Shown here piece after piece: positions 36,935-46,688 of a stretch of DNA of 64,000 nt. The stretch is from a virus. Numbering within the stretch: the first letter of the stretch is position 1; each line of letters opens with the position of its first letter. Made by a program: the position numbers and the translations under genes. The notes under the pieces are model-generated. The model ran no database searches. It was not told where the DNA came from and was given only the letters and a program-made list of their open reading frames with translations. Location of the stretch: positions 38,729 through 102,728 of IMG/VR virus record IMGVR_UViG_3300037882_004081. One strand, given 5' to 3'.

Positions 36935-37444
36935 GTGTATGAGCGCATGGTGAGGCACCGAAGCAGCGAGGTTAAGGAGATACGGACAGTCACCAGAGTC
37001 ACCATACGCGGCGAGATCTTCTTCAAGTCTAACATTCGTGGCAAGGAGTTGCAGACCAACTCACGCCGTCAGTGGATGATTTGGATGAACCAGGGGGCGA
37101 GGGAGCAAAACAGCGAAGACCCCCTTCCTTCGTTCGCGGAGGGTCGCCTAGCCGCTCTCACAGTTTGCCCGCCATACAAACATGGCGTTGGATCATTAGT
37201 GTCCCCGAAAGCCGTCGAAGAGGCAAGGAAAATGCTGACCCGCGTTGGGTCCGCCTTCAAGACAGACGTGTTTCCGGGATCAAACGGCGGTGTGCTGGTG
37301 GTGGTGTTCCGACCCGACAACCTCTCCATTCGTGGTCTCACCATCAAGATTGAACCGGACCTGTCGATCAAGTTCAACGATGATCATGAGCATGTCTTTA
37401 CGCTGAGTGACGCTTGGAGCGTACTGGAGGACCTTTTGTCTTAG
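36935..37444 (+). CDS. Hypothetical protein
   Basis: 169-aa ORF. Confidence 0.5.
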   Translation: MYERMVRHRSSEVKEIRTVTRVTIRGEIFFKSNIRGKELQTNSRRQWMIWMNQGAREQNSEDPLPSFAEGRLAALTVCPPYKHGVGSLVSPKAVEEARKMLTRVGSAFKTDVFPGSNGGVLVVVFRPDNLSIRGLTIKIEPDLSIKFNDDHEHVFTLSDAWSVLEDLLS

Positions 37445-37652
37445 GCTTTGAAGCCTGAGGCGGGGGACGGTTTCCACGATCTTGCTTTTCAGCGACCGCC
37501 AGCGTTTCCTCCCACACCAGACGCTCCCGCCACAAGTCCTCCCAAGTCAATTCTCTCGCGGCCCTCTTTAGTGCCCTGACAGTGGGACCGTCCAGCTTTG
37601 AATCGAAGAATACCTCATTCAGATAGTCAACGCTTTTGGCTGGAAGTGACAT
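37398..37652 (-). CDS. Hypothetical protein
   Basis: Follows the PAS gene by 3 nt. Confidence 0.45.
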   Translation of the reverse strand: MSLPAKSVDYLNEVFFDSKLDGPTVRALKRAARELTWEDLWRERLVWEETLAVAEKQDRGNRPPPQASKPKTKGPPVRSKRHSA

Positions 37653-37655
37653 TGG

Positions 37656-38303
37656 CTATTCGGGTGGCAGGTCTTTTGACTTTGGTTGGTGGAGTTCTAC
37701 TTCTCCCGCCCTCACCCTCCGGTCCCACTCGTCCAGACGCTCAATTACCGTCATGTACTTGTGGAACCCGATGAACGCGGCTGCGACGGCTGGCATCGAA
37801 ATGCCCACCATCCACTTCCAGTTGGCTTGGATGAAGCTAACCATAGAGGTTTTCAAGACAGCTTCCTGTTTAGTCGTGCCGTCTTGCCTGAAACTCGCGA
37901 TCTCCGTGGGGAGAATGGTGGACAGAAACACCACTGGCGGTCCGATTGGGTACCCGGTGGTGTCGGCTGGGCCAACAACCTGGATGCGCTGAATCGCCCA
38001 CCTCATCAACCCAGATTTGGTGATGTACTTCTTGGCGGATTCGAACCCGTGGGATTGACCGATACGGCACTTCTCCACCATTTTCAACTCCCCGCCCAGA
38101 TCATCGGGTGCGGTCAGCACCATCCACGTTTTGTCGAGCAGTTCCGCCTCGCTGTATTCGAGGAAGACCGCAAGACGTTCATTCACCGCCAACCACCTCC
38201 CGGTGTTCGGATCGATCAAGCCCTGACAGGTCGAGGACTCTTGGAACAAAACCTCCCACAGTTTTGGAGATATGTCCTGAAATGGTTGCGGCGGAATCGG
38301 CAC
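37656..38303 (-). CDS. PAS-domain protein with C-terminal TM helix
   Basis: F..S.....LID..GRWLAVN......LEYSEAELL.KTW..LT.PDD...K.YITKSG...W; TM WMVGISMPAVAAAFIGF. Confidence 0.85.
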   Translation of the reverse strand: MPIPPQPFQDISPKLWEVLFQESSTCQGLIDPNTGRWLAVNERLAVFLEYSEAELLDKTWMVLTAPDDLGGELKMVEKCRIGQSHGFESAKKYITKSGLMRWAIQRIQVVGPADTTGYPIGPPVVFLSTILPTEIASFRQDGTTKQEAVLKTSMVSFIQANWKWMVGISMPAVAAAFIGFHKYMTVIERLDEWDRRVRAGEVELHQPKSKDLPPE

Positions 38304-38456
38304 GTGGTTGGCTTTGCTGATCAGAACTAGGTTAGTAGCAATGCCTGATTAGGAGAAGCCCGGACACGCAGATTTGAGAAGAATGGACATCAGGCAGTTC
38401 CTTACTATACCATGAACGAGTATCAAGTAAAGTAAAGTGTCAATTTGGGTTGATGG

Positions 38457-39254
38457 TTAAGCCAGATAAAGAGGCGCAGAAGAGTTCCAGTCGCCTTCAC
38501 TACCATCGTCCCAGACACGCCAGCGGACATAGTAGAGAGTATTTGAATCAAGGTTGTCGGTCGCAATGAATCGGTAATAAACGGGATGCCCGGTGAGTTC
38601 GGTCCCGTTGATGCCGTCGGTCGGGAATGCAGTGTGTTCACCGTCACCCGCGTTGGCGTTGAAGTAGAACCAGCGAGTGGCGTCGGTCGCAGAATTACCG
38701 GCGTGCGACACAGTCGAGAAGTCGGCGTTTGGCGAGACCTGAATCTGGAAGTGGAGCGGACCTTGGCTATCCGGAATCTCGATAGCAAAACTGAATGTCG
38801 TGATGACCGTGCTGGCAGTGACCGCTGGGTCATTGGCGTTTTCCGGCCTTTGATGTGGCGGTGGGACGTACGGGGTGCCGAAAAGGCGACCCCTGATGCG
38901 GTCCTTGGCAGCTTGTTCGACTGTCACCAGCCCCGGTTGTTTTGGGGCGGGTGGGGTTTCGGCGACCCGGTCCTTCCAGCGAAGCAGAGGTGCTGGGACG
39001 CGGAGCCGGTCACCGATTTCTAGTGTGAACGGGTCAGCGAGCTTATTGTGCCACGCAATCAGCCACCACATGCCGACGGAGTCGTCACCGTAAGCTCTAG
39101 ATGCTAACAGGTCCGGCGCTCCGAGATCGCCTTGCGACACGATTTCCAGTCGCTCGTTGGGAGATGCGAGTTCGGGAGGACGCCATATCCCGTAGGCTTG
39201 CCCGCGCTCCGTCTGGACCTTGGTGGTGGACTGGTATCGGTCTGGGTTTGGCAT
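38457..39254 (-). CDS. Baseplate wedge protein gp53-like (LysM-type) with C-terminal FN3-like domain
   Basis: PDLLASRAYGD...WWLIA..N...DPF.L.IGD.LRVP; TLYYVRWRV. Confidence 0.75.
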   Translation of the reverse strand: MPNPDRYQSTTKVQTERGQAYGIWRPPELASPNERLEIVSQGDLGAPDLLASRAYGDDSVGMWWLIAWHNKLADPFTLEIGDRLRVPAPLLRWKDRVAETPPAPKQPGLVTVEQAAKDRIRGRLFGTPYVPPPHQRPENANDPAVTASTVITTFSFAIEIPDSQGPLHFQIQVSPNADFSTVSHAGNSATDATRWFYFNANAGDGEHTAFPTDGINGTELTGHPVYYRFIATDNLDSNTLYYVRWRVWDDGSEGDWNSSAPLYLA

Positions 39255-40312
39255 TAGAAGAGTCCAGTATCAGAGGTTCCGCCAAGGTTGTTGACCGGCA
39301 CGATCACGTCGAACGCTTCCGCACTCCCCAGTTGTCTCATGCGGAGTTTGGCGGCAACCGTGTCACCGCTGGTTGTGATGTCAATGTCCTCGATAGTCGC
39401 ACGAGGTTCAAGTGCAGCGGTCCGTCGGATTTCCGCTTCCACCAGTCGGGTAGTAAGCGGGTCGGCCTGTGAGAACACCAGTTGAGTGAGCCTGCAACCA
39501 AGATCTGGCCGGAAACGGACTTCCCCAGGCGCGATCGCGAACGCCAATGACAAAGAACTGCGAATCAGGTCTTCGTCATAGCCGACTTGCAAAGCCCAGT
39601 CTTCGGGAAGCCTCGCGTCCTTGGTGAGTGGGGTTCGGCGACCCGGCTGGTTGATGATCTCTGCTTTGGATAGCAGGGAATCGTAGGAGTCGTTGAGCGG
39701 GATGTCAAGCTGGATCGTCTGCCCGTCGATCGAAAGGATCTTGGCATAGGTGACGAGCCGTCCGGGCTGGCTGATAACCACCGAAGCCCCAGCACGCAGA
39801 CCCCCCGGAACCCCCGACACCGGGATGCGATCTACACCAGCGGAAACCGTGGTGGCGAGGGTGAGTTCCAGGATCTCAGACAGGTCTTCAATGGCCGCGA
39901 TGCCAACGCCGAGTTTGGGGGTTGGCAGATAGGGACCAGCAAACCTCACCAGCCGTCCTTGGCGAGGTGGCTTCGGTTTGACGCGCACCGGAAGAGTCGC
40001 CCGTGCCTCGATGTCCGAAATTTCCCCGTCGGAGTTGGAGATCCGAACCGTCACCCAATAGTCACCCTGGTGTTCCCAAGTGTGTTGGAACTGGTGCGGC
40101 CGGAGTATGGGAAGAAGTGGGGTCTGGAGCGTGATACCATCACCCCAGTCGATCAGTACCCGCACCTCAGGTGTAGAGTTGCCACTGCTGATCGGAAGTA
40201 GTACCAGTAGTCCGGGTTCTGCAACCCTGAGCACGTTTCTGGTACCATCACGTTCCGCCCCGCTGAATTGCAGCGGGGAATCAGTTGGAGCGAGTAGTAC
40301 CGGCTTCGACAT
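39254..40312 (-). CDS. Baseplate wedge gp25-like protein with N-terminal PKD-like domain
   Basis: IDWGDG..H.W...G.Y.V; I..SL......PGE..FRPD.GC.L..L.F...EPR..I..I. Confidence 0.85.
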   Translation of the reverse strand: MSKPVLLAPTDSPLQFSGAERDGTRNVLRVAEPGLLVLLPISSGNSTPEVRVLIDWGDGITLQTPLLPILRPHQFQHTWEHQGDYWVTVRISNSDGEISDIEARATLPVRVKPKPPRQGRLVRFAGPYLPTPKLGVGIAAIEDLSEILELTLATTVSAGVDRIPVSGVPGGLRAGASVVISQPGRLVTYAKILSIDGQTIQLDIPLNDSYDSLLSKAEIINQPGRRTPLTKDARLPEDWALQVGYDEDLIRSSLSLAFAIAPGEVRFRPDLGCRLTQLVFSQADPLTTRLVEAEIRRTAALEPRATIEDIDITTSGDTVAAKLRMRQLGSAEAFDVIVPVNNLGGTSDTGLF

Positions 40313-40344
40313 CTAGATAGCTAGCCAAAGAGTTCTCGTTAGGC

Positions 40345-41982
40345 ATGATTGAACTGGTCAATCCGATTTTCATCCGTGTCAAAGTGCCTGAGGAAAGGTT
40401 CCCAAGGTTCCATACAATCGCGTCTATCGTCAACCCGATGGCGTACCAGGTCAGGAAACGCAGCAGGTCGCTAAGGAATTGGGATGGGCGGGACGTGTTG
40501 TATATGCAGGAACCCGACGCACAACCCGGTGTCTACCTGACCTATCGGGGGTTGCTGAGCACCCTGACAAGCAACGGGTTTGGCGAAGTGGTGGGCGGTT
40601 TGCCTCCGCTTGACGTCAAGTACCAGGAGTGCTTGAGGGGAACGACGCTGGATGCCATCCAGCAGTCGGCATGTGAGGCGTTGATGGCAGAACAGGTCGC
40701 GATGAGCGAAATGAAGACGGCGTCTGGAAAGAGCGAGATCATCACGAATCTGGCGGCGTGCTGGCTGGTGAGCGAAGAGGTGAAACGGAGACGTGCCGCC
40801 AAAAAACCGTGGTGCGTGCTGGTCATCGAACCATCGCTGGTGCTACTCAAGCAGCAGACTGCCGTGATGGCACGCTACCTTCCGTCACTCCGAATTGCGT
40901 GTGTCGGCGGTGGAAAGGAGGACGAACCGTCTGTGATCACGTGCTCCAACATCGCCACCTTGGTCAACCGACCAAACCTTTGTCTAGGAGCCGGTTTGGT
41001 GTTGATCGATGAGGCTCACCACGCGGTCACGGACTCTTACCTCAATGAGGTGTTTCCAAAGCTCGACCCGGAGGCAGTAGTGTGGGCGGTGTCGGGCAAG
41101 GTCAGTTTCACCCAAAAGAATCGCCACCAAGAGGAACGAATCAGGGCGGTGTTTGGAATGCCAGTCTTCATGGGAGACAACAAGGCCCGCAAGGTTCCCG
41201 TGGTGGTCCAGCCGTGGTCCTTCAAGTGTCCGGCTTTGCCGGAGCTTAAGCACGGCACACTGGAAGATCCAGCGCCCGTGCCGTGCGTGTTCAGAATGAC
41301 TCCAGAAGGCCCGCTCCAGACTGGTCTGTGGATCGGTCCGAACTCCATCGGGAAATGGCCAAGTAAGTTCGTCTGGCCAACTCCGGGTAGTGAGCCTAGG
41401 ACTGGCATATGGCTGTCTCATGATGGCAAGACGATGACCAAAAAAGTGGACCCGCCGTCGGAACTCACCACCCGCTTCGATCCAGACGATCTTGGCATTA
41501 CCGTATGCCAGTTCCGCAACGAGCTTGCCCGTAACATCGCAGTTTCCTGCGCCGAAAAGAAGGAACTATTCCTGATCACTTGCCGACGAGCCATGCACCT
41601 AGACAACGTCATGAGGCTGCTCATACCAACCGGCATGAAACTCGCCGTGATGAGTGGGAAGGTTTCGGGGGATGAGCAGCAAAAGGTTTGTGAACTTGCC
41701 AATCGTGGTGAGGTTGATGGAATTGTCGCGATCTACAACTGCGCCTCTGAGGGTGTGAACCTGCCACCACTTCGGCATTTGATCAAGCTCGATGGCATCA
41801 AAAGTGAGCAGATACTTGAACAACAGGTTGGACGACTTCAAAGGTCATCTGGCGAAAAGACTCACGGAACTCTTCATTTACCGGTTGACTACCACCATCC
41901 AACGCTTAGGAAGCGCTACAACGAGTTCGCTAGCTACTATCGTTCAGCAGGTTTAGATGTTCTGAAGACCGCCGACGGGTAG
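40345..41982 (+). CDS. SF2 helicase (UvsW-like)
   Basis: TASGKS, IDEAHH, SEGVNLP, QQVGRLQR. Confidence 0.85.
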   Translation: MIELVNPIFIRVKVPEERFPRFHTIASIVNPMAYQVRKRSRSLRNWDGRDVLYMQEPDAQPGVYLTYRGLLSTLTSNGFGEVVGGLPPLDVKYQECLRGTTLDAIQQSACEALMAEQVAMSEMKTASGKSEIITNLAACWLVSEEVKRRRAAKKPWCVLVIEPSLVLLKQQTAVMARYLPSLRIACVGGGKEDEPSVITCSNIATLVNRPNLCLGAGLVLIDEAHHAVTDSYLNEVFPKLDPEAVVWAVSGKVSFTQKNRHQEERIRAVFGMPVFMGDNKARKVPVVVQPWSFKCPALPELKHGTLEDPAPVPCVFRMTPEGPLQTGLWIGPNSIGKWPSKFVWPTPGSEPRTGIWLSHDGKTMTKKVDPPSELTTRFDPDDLGITVCQFRNELARNIAVSCAEKKELFLITCRRAMHLDNVMRLLIPTGMKLAVMSGKVSGDEQQKVCELANRGEVDGIVAIYNCASEGVNLPPLRHLIKLDGIKSEQILEQQVGRLQRSSGEKTHGTLHLPVDYHHPTLRKRYNEFASYYRSAGLDVLKTADG

Positions 41983-42040
41983 GTGTTGGTGCAGTTTGTC
42001 TCAACACAACCGTCTCCAAAACCAACTCCATACCCACACC

Positions 42041-42448
42041 ATGAATCCAACCAACGTTATCCGCCGCCCACAGCTGTCGCTGTTCGCCGTACTCCTGTTC
42101 ATTGCCATGCTGTTTGTGCTCGCACAATCGGCATTCGCCGCACCACCGGTCACCTGGAATGAGAACCCAACGGGCGATCAGGTGACTCACTACACGGTTT
42201 ACAAGAAGGTCGTCAGCGGTACCACGACCGCTTGGGAATCGGTCGGCGTGCTCGACATGACCGTCACCCCGAAACCGGCGTTGGTCATTGTACTGCCCAC
42301 CCAGACCACTGTTGCCACTTACGCGGTGACCGCCAAGAATGTGTCGGGCGAGTCCGCAAAGAGCAACGAAGTCACAGTTCCCGGAGTCCCAGGAGCACCG
42401 ACCTTGTTCCGTCTGGAGCTTGGCAGTGTGACGACCCCCGGCATGTAA
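42041..42448 (+). CDS. Secreted fibronectin type III domain protein
   Basis: Signal peptide ending AFA; W..N.....Y.VY...YAVTA.N..GES..SNEV. Confidence 0.75.
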   Translation: MNPTNVIRRPQLSLFAVLLFIAMLFVLAQSAFAAPPVTWNENPTGDQVTHYTVYKKVVSGTTTAWESVGVLDMTVTPKPALVIVLPTQTTVATYAVTAKNVSGESAKSNEVTVPGVPGAPTLFRLELGSVTTPGM

Positions 42449-42473
42449 TCGATCGTCACCCTACGTTTCCGAG

Positions 42474-42809
42474 ATGAAAGCACCAACAGCACCAGCTTCG
42501 TTTGACAACGCCGTGGGGTCCATCCTCTCGGCTGGTGGCCTTGCCACCAAAATCAACGAGCAACTCGGAAGCGACGAGGATTTCGATGACGACGCGTTCG
42601 GTCCTGAAGACGAACCGGAAGTCGACACGAACCCGGAAGCGGGACTTTGCGAGTTGCTCCGAGATGCACTCGCCGAAACCGGAATGGTGAAGAGCGTCGA
42701 GACGTTTGAAGCCGCTGGTATCATGACGAGGAACAGCGGGCTCATCGTCCGACTGGGTGATGGAACGAAGTTCCAAGTCACGGTGGTGCACGACAATCGG
42801 GGTTACTAG
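42474..42809 (+). CDS. Hypothetical phage protein
   Basis: TFEAAGIMT.N.GL.VRL.DG..FQVTVV motif. Confidence 0.6.
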   Translation: MKAPTAPASFDNAVGSILSAGGLATKINEQLGSDEDFDDDAFGPEDEPEVDTNPEAGLCELLRDALAETGMVKSVETFEAAGIMTRNSGLIVRLGDGTKFQVTVVHDNRGY

Positions 42810-42828
42810 ACTTTCCGTTGTGTTTGGG

Positions 42829-42858
42829 ACGAGCCCCGACCATTCGGTCGGGGCTCGT
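42829..42858 (+). terminator. Hairpin terminator
   Basis: ACGAGCCCCGACC-ATTC-GGTCGGGGCTCGT 13-bp stem. Confidence 0.7.
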
Positions 42859-42878
42859 TGTATAAAACACTGGAATAC

Positions 42879-42906
42879 TTGACAGCAGCTCAGGGTGTGT
42901 TATAGT
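42879..42906 (+). promoter_or_regulatory. Sigma70-type early promoter, leaderless
   Basis: TTGACA-16nt-TATAGT with TGTG; ligase ATG 5 nt downstream. Confidence 0.8.
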
Positions 42907-42911
42907 GTGGG

Positions 42912-44942
42912 ATGCAGATCGACACTACAAAACTCGCCAACCTTTACCTCAAGGCCAAGCAAGCGTATTACCAGGGTCAGCCCATCTTGGGAGACCCCGA
43001 ATTCGATGCCTTGGAGCAGAAACTCCGGGATGCAGACCCCGACCACCCGTTGCTTTCGATGGTCGGTGCCCCGGTGCCCGCTGACTCGGTGCTCACCAAG
43101 GTCAAGCACCCGATCGTCATGGGGAGCCAGAACAAGGTCAATGGGACTGACGAGGCGGTCGCGTGGTGCCGCAAGCATGGACTCACTGAAGTCCATACGA
43201 GTGAGAAGCTGGACGGGTCATCGGTCGCGCTTTACTACAAAGCCGGGGTGCTCGATAAGGCGGTGAGCCGTGGGAGCGGTGACGAGGGGGAGGACATCAC
43301 GTCGAACGCTGCATCGTTCATCGGTGTCCCCCATTTCCTCGGCAATTCCAAACTCAACATCGTGGTGCGCGGCGAAGTGTTCCTGACGTTAGCGAACTGG
43401 GAGAAGGTCGATAAGGACAAGTCCTCCAACCCCCGCAACATGGCGGGTGGCGTGATGGGACGCAAGGACGGATCGGACTCCCACCTCCTGTCGTTCTGCG
43501 CATTCGACATCCTGCCGATCGTGGCGGAGGATCAAAACGCGGCTTCGCTGGCGTGGGCGCACAGCATCAAGACCGCCGACCGCAAGTTCGCGCTGCTCAA
43601 GTCGATGGGATTCGAGACCCCGACCAGCAACACCGTGAAGGTGGATGACCTCGCGAAGACTCTGGAATTCGCCGTGAACACCCGGAGTGGCCTTGGTTAC
43701 TGGATCGACGGTATCGTCATGCAGAATCCGGACTTGGTGGCCCAAGCGATCGCTGGTCTGGACGGCAGCAACAAGCCACGCCTGCAGGTCGCGTGGAAGT
43801 TCGAAGCGGAGGGTACCGAAACCAAGCTGCTCGATGTGACGTGGCAGGTTGGTGCGACCGGTAAGCTGACCCCAGTCGGCCATTTGGAACCCTGCCGCCT
43901 CGGAGGCACCACGGTGGAGCGCGTTATGCTGAATAATGCCACGTGGATGGAAACGCTGGGGCTGCGCAAGGGCTGCACAGTGACGCTCGTGAAGGCCAAC
44001 GACATCATCCCGTATGTGGTGGAAGTCACCGAATCCGGTGCCGGTGAAGTGCTGGGTGCCCCACATCAGTGCCCAGAGTGCTCCGGTACGGTTGCTCCGA
44101 AAAAGGCTGGTGCGCTCGATCTTTACTGCGAGAATGAACTGTGCAGTGGCCGGAAGCCGGTCATGTTCAAGCGGGTGCTCACTACCACTGGAGTGTTGGG
44201 TTTTGGCGACGGTCTGATCGAAGTGGCGATCGAACGCGGAGTCTTCACGGACCTCATCTCGCCCTTCCTGATCACGGAGCCAAGCGTCTTCCAAGACCTC
44301 CCAGTGAGTGCGACCAGCAACGCCCGCGTCGGAATCTCCCGCGCCAAAACGCTCGTCAAAGAGCTTCAAGCGGTCAAGGATCGCGGCATCACGGTCGCCC
44401 AGTTGCTCAAGATGCTGGCGGTCCGCCACCTTGGCGAACGTCGCGTGGTGCTGCTGGCCCAACAGAATCCAGCACTTGGAACGGTCGAGTTCTGGCGCGA
44501 TGCGAGCCAAGATGACCGCCTGTTTGTCGCATTGACCGAATCCGGAATGCCGGGGGTGGCGTCGGAAGTCGTTGACAGCTTCGCGACCATCCGTGACCTC
44601 TTCCTGAAGTTCATCGACACGGTTCCGGTTCGGAACCTCGGTGCAGCGGCTCCCGCGACCGGAAATACCACGGAAGCCAAAGAGACAACCACAGAACCAC
44701 AACCCACCATGAACCCAAAAGGCAAAGTCTGCATCACCGGTTCCCTGCCAAGCGGCAAGAAAAAAGCCGAATACAAGGAGCCACTCGCCAAGGCCGGATA
44801 CGAGTTGGTCGATGACCTCAGCAAGGACTGCGTGCTGCTCATTCAGGCCGATCCGGCTTCACAGAGCGGCAAGAGCAAAAAAGCCGCCACGTGGGGTATC
44901 CGGGTGATCGGCGAAGACGAACTCGTCAAGATTGTCGGATGA
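42912..44942 (+). CDS. ligA: NAD-dependent DNA ligase
   Basis: YY.G.P...D.EFD, EKLDG, SRG.G..GEDIT, RGEV, NPRN, IDGIV, AWKF, Zn finger, BRCT (ITGSL). Confidence 0.95.
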   Translation: MQIDTTKLANLYLKAKQAYYQGQPILGDPEFDALEQKLRDADPDHPLLSMVGAPVPADSVLTKVKHPIVMGSQNKVNGTDEAVAWCRKHGLTEVHTSEKLDGSSVALYYKAGVLDKAVSRGSGDEGEDITSNAASFIGVPHFLGNSKLNIVVRGEVFLTLANWEKVDKDKSSNPRNMAGGVMGRKDGSDSHLLSFCAFDILPIVAEDQNAASLAWAHSIKTADRKFALLKSMGFETPTSNTVKVDDLAKTLEFAVNTRSGLGYWIDGIVMQNPDLVAQAIAGLDGSNKPRLQVAWKFEAEGTETKLLDVTWQVGATGKLTPVGHLEPCRLGGTTVERVMLNNATWMETLGLRKGCTVTLVKANDIIPYVVEVTESGAGEVLGAPHQCPECSGTVAPKKAGALDLYCENELCSGRKPVMFKRVLTTTGVLGFGDGLIEVAIERGVFTDLISPFLITEPSVFQDLPVSATSNARVGISRAKTLVKELQAVKDRGITVAQLLKMLAVRHLGERRVVLLAQQNPALGTVEFWRDASQDDRLFVALTESGMPGVASEVVDSFATIRDLFLKFIDTVPVRNLGAAAPATGNTTEAKETTTEPQPTMNPKGKVCITGSLPSGKKKAEYKEPLAKAGYELVDDLSKDCVLLIQADPASQSGKSKKAATWGIRVIGEDELVKIVG

Positions 44943-45187
44943 AACTAAAGTGGGAGCGGTACACCCACCCCACTTCAAAACGGAGTGGGTTTGTCTCCAA
45001 GCCGACCTCCACCACGTTCTTTTTTGTGGAGCGTTTGGGGGTCGGTCTTTATCGGCCTCTGGTGGGTGAAGGGGACTTCGATGGAGAGCATCGAATGACC
45101 CACCTTCACCCCCACGGTGGTGTACGCAGGTGCATGCGGGCATGCACCGATAGGTGGGAATTGAAAGTCCGTTGTCGGACCGCCTAG
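44939..45187 (+). CDS. Hypothetical protein
   Basis: ATGA-coupled to ligase. Confidence 0.5.
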   Translation: MKLKWERYTHPTSKRSGFVSKPTSTTFFFVERLGVGLYRPLVGEGDFDGEHRMTHLHPHGGVRRCMRACTDRWELKVRCRTA

Positions 45188-46602
45188 GCTAAAGTCGTCC
45201 GGATTCTTTCCAGTTCTTCCAGCGTGGCTGAGAAGAGTCGGCCTCCAACCTCTCTGAACCCAAGTTTCAGGTAGAATCCGCGAGCTTGTGGGGTGCTGAA
45301 GAAGGTTAGTTTCTCGTCATTCTTAATGGCATCGTCCACTGCTAGTCTCAACAAACGGACTCCACCACTTTTGACAAGGGACCCGATGTGATGCAGTTCA
45401 AGCCCACCATTCGGGGTGTGGTTCTCACCCCAAGCCACTGCACCAACGATCCTGGCATCGCTGTTTTTCAGGAGCCACTTGTTTTCGGCCTGACTGCAGA
45501 TGGCAGAATGGGCTTCTGAAACCGCTGGGTTGGCCGGACTGAACCCCATCTCTTCCACATCGTTGACGAACGTTTTGGCAATAGCCACTGCGTGTGGTCC
45601 GGTGATTCCGGACATGTCCATTAGATAGGGTTCGCTGTTGGATTCAGACATCCTGCGGCGAGCGTTTCGTTCAGCCACTGATCTGAACGACGCCGCCTCT
45701 GCGGCTCGTCGGGCACGATCACTTCCGCGTGCCGACATGGGCAATGCTATCGCCTTGGCGATTGGGTCGAGGTGAAGTTCCTTCATCGCCTTGGCGTCTG
45801 CCTGCGCCTTTTCAGGGTCAATCAGTACGCCGTGTTTCAGCACATCTTCATACGCCATAGCGTGGGAACCCCAAAACTCCACCCACACTGAACCCCACAT
45901 TTCCTTAGGGACGCCAAAAAACTTCAGCACCTCAGGTACCCTTGGCAGGGCCAGCTGTTCACCTTCCCAAAAGCTGATCGCGCACTCCGTGTCACTGACC
46001 GACCAAAACCTGCCAGCAGGCTGCAGAAGACTGCGGGTATCGGTGATCTGACCCTCACCCCACTCGGCGTCGCTGCCATCCTCTTCTTCGTCGCTATCGT
46101 ACTCGTCACCGCTGTATTCATCGCTGTGACTCTCTTTCAGTGACCCGGCGAGCTTGGTCCAGAGCGCAATCGCCTGATCATACCCGAGAATATCGGAAAA
46201 CGAAGTGGTGGGGCGGGTGGTCTTGAGTTCGGTCAGAACCTCGGTGAGTTCAGCCAACTCTCTGGGAGAACCCGATACCACCGTCAAGCACCCATATGGG
46301 TTTTCAGGGGTGGGCACTTTGAGACTGGCGACCACAAAGACCGGTGTGTAAATGCCGATCGTGTTAGCCTCCACATAGTCCTCGTCGATCTGCACCACCA
46401 TCCACGCGGTGCTTACTTCCGGTGTCAGTGGGGAACTGAGCCTGACGTAAAGGTCGTGGTGGGTCTCCAGAGGCTTGCCGGTCACGAACTTACCGTCATA
46501 CCACCCGAACGCAATCCCGCGCTTCCATGGCAACGTCTCTTTAAGGACGTACATGTTGTCTGGATTTTCGTAGAGTCTTTGGTTGATTCGTCTGACGAGC
46601 AC
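45184..46602 (-). CDS. Putative virion protein with C-terminal GNAT acetyltransferase domain
   Basis: GTG 46602 lies 4 nt after TATTTAT; GNAT motifs LELHHIGS...GG..LL and STPQARGFYLKLGF. Confidence 0.75.
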   Translation of the reverse strand: MLVRRINQRLYENPDNMYVLKETLPWKRGIAFGWYDGKFVTGKPLETHHDLYVRLSSPLTPEVSTAWMVVQIDEDYVEANTIGIYTPVFVVASLKVPTPENPYGCLTVVSGSPRELAELTEVLTELKTTRPTTSFSDILGYDQAIALWTKLAGSLKESHSDEYSGDEYDSDEEEDGSDAEWGEGQITDTRSLLQPAGRFWSVSDTECAISFWEGEQLALPRVPEVLKFFGVPKEMWGSVWVEFWGSHAMAYEDVLKHGVLIDPEKAQADAKAMKELHLDPIAKAIALPMSARGSDRARRAAEAASFRSVAERNARRRMSESNSEPYLMDMSGITGPHAVAIAKTFVNDVEEMGFSPANPAVSEAHSAICSQAENKWLLKNSDARIVGAVAWGENHTPNGGLELHHIGSLVKSGGVRLLRLAVDDAIKNDEKLTFFSTPQARGFYLKLGFREVGGRLFSATLEELERIRTTLA

Positions 46603-46688
46603 AGCGATAAATAGGAAAAGCTGCACATCTAAGAACGTGACGGGCGTCTTTCTGATACTTGCTGAGAGGTCGCTAACTATCCCTCGCT

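Noticed and set aside
43389-44702. 437-aa minus-strand ORF
   Set aside because: Antisense shadow of ligA
31271-44942. Inteins or group I introns in polA, helicase or ligase
   Set aside because: Motifs are colinear with normal spacing; no intein termini or interrupted frames seen
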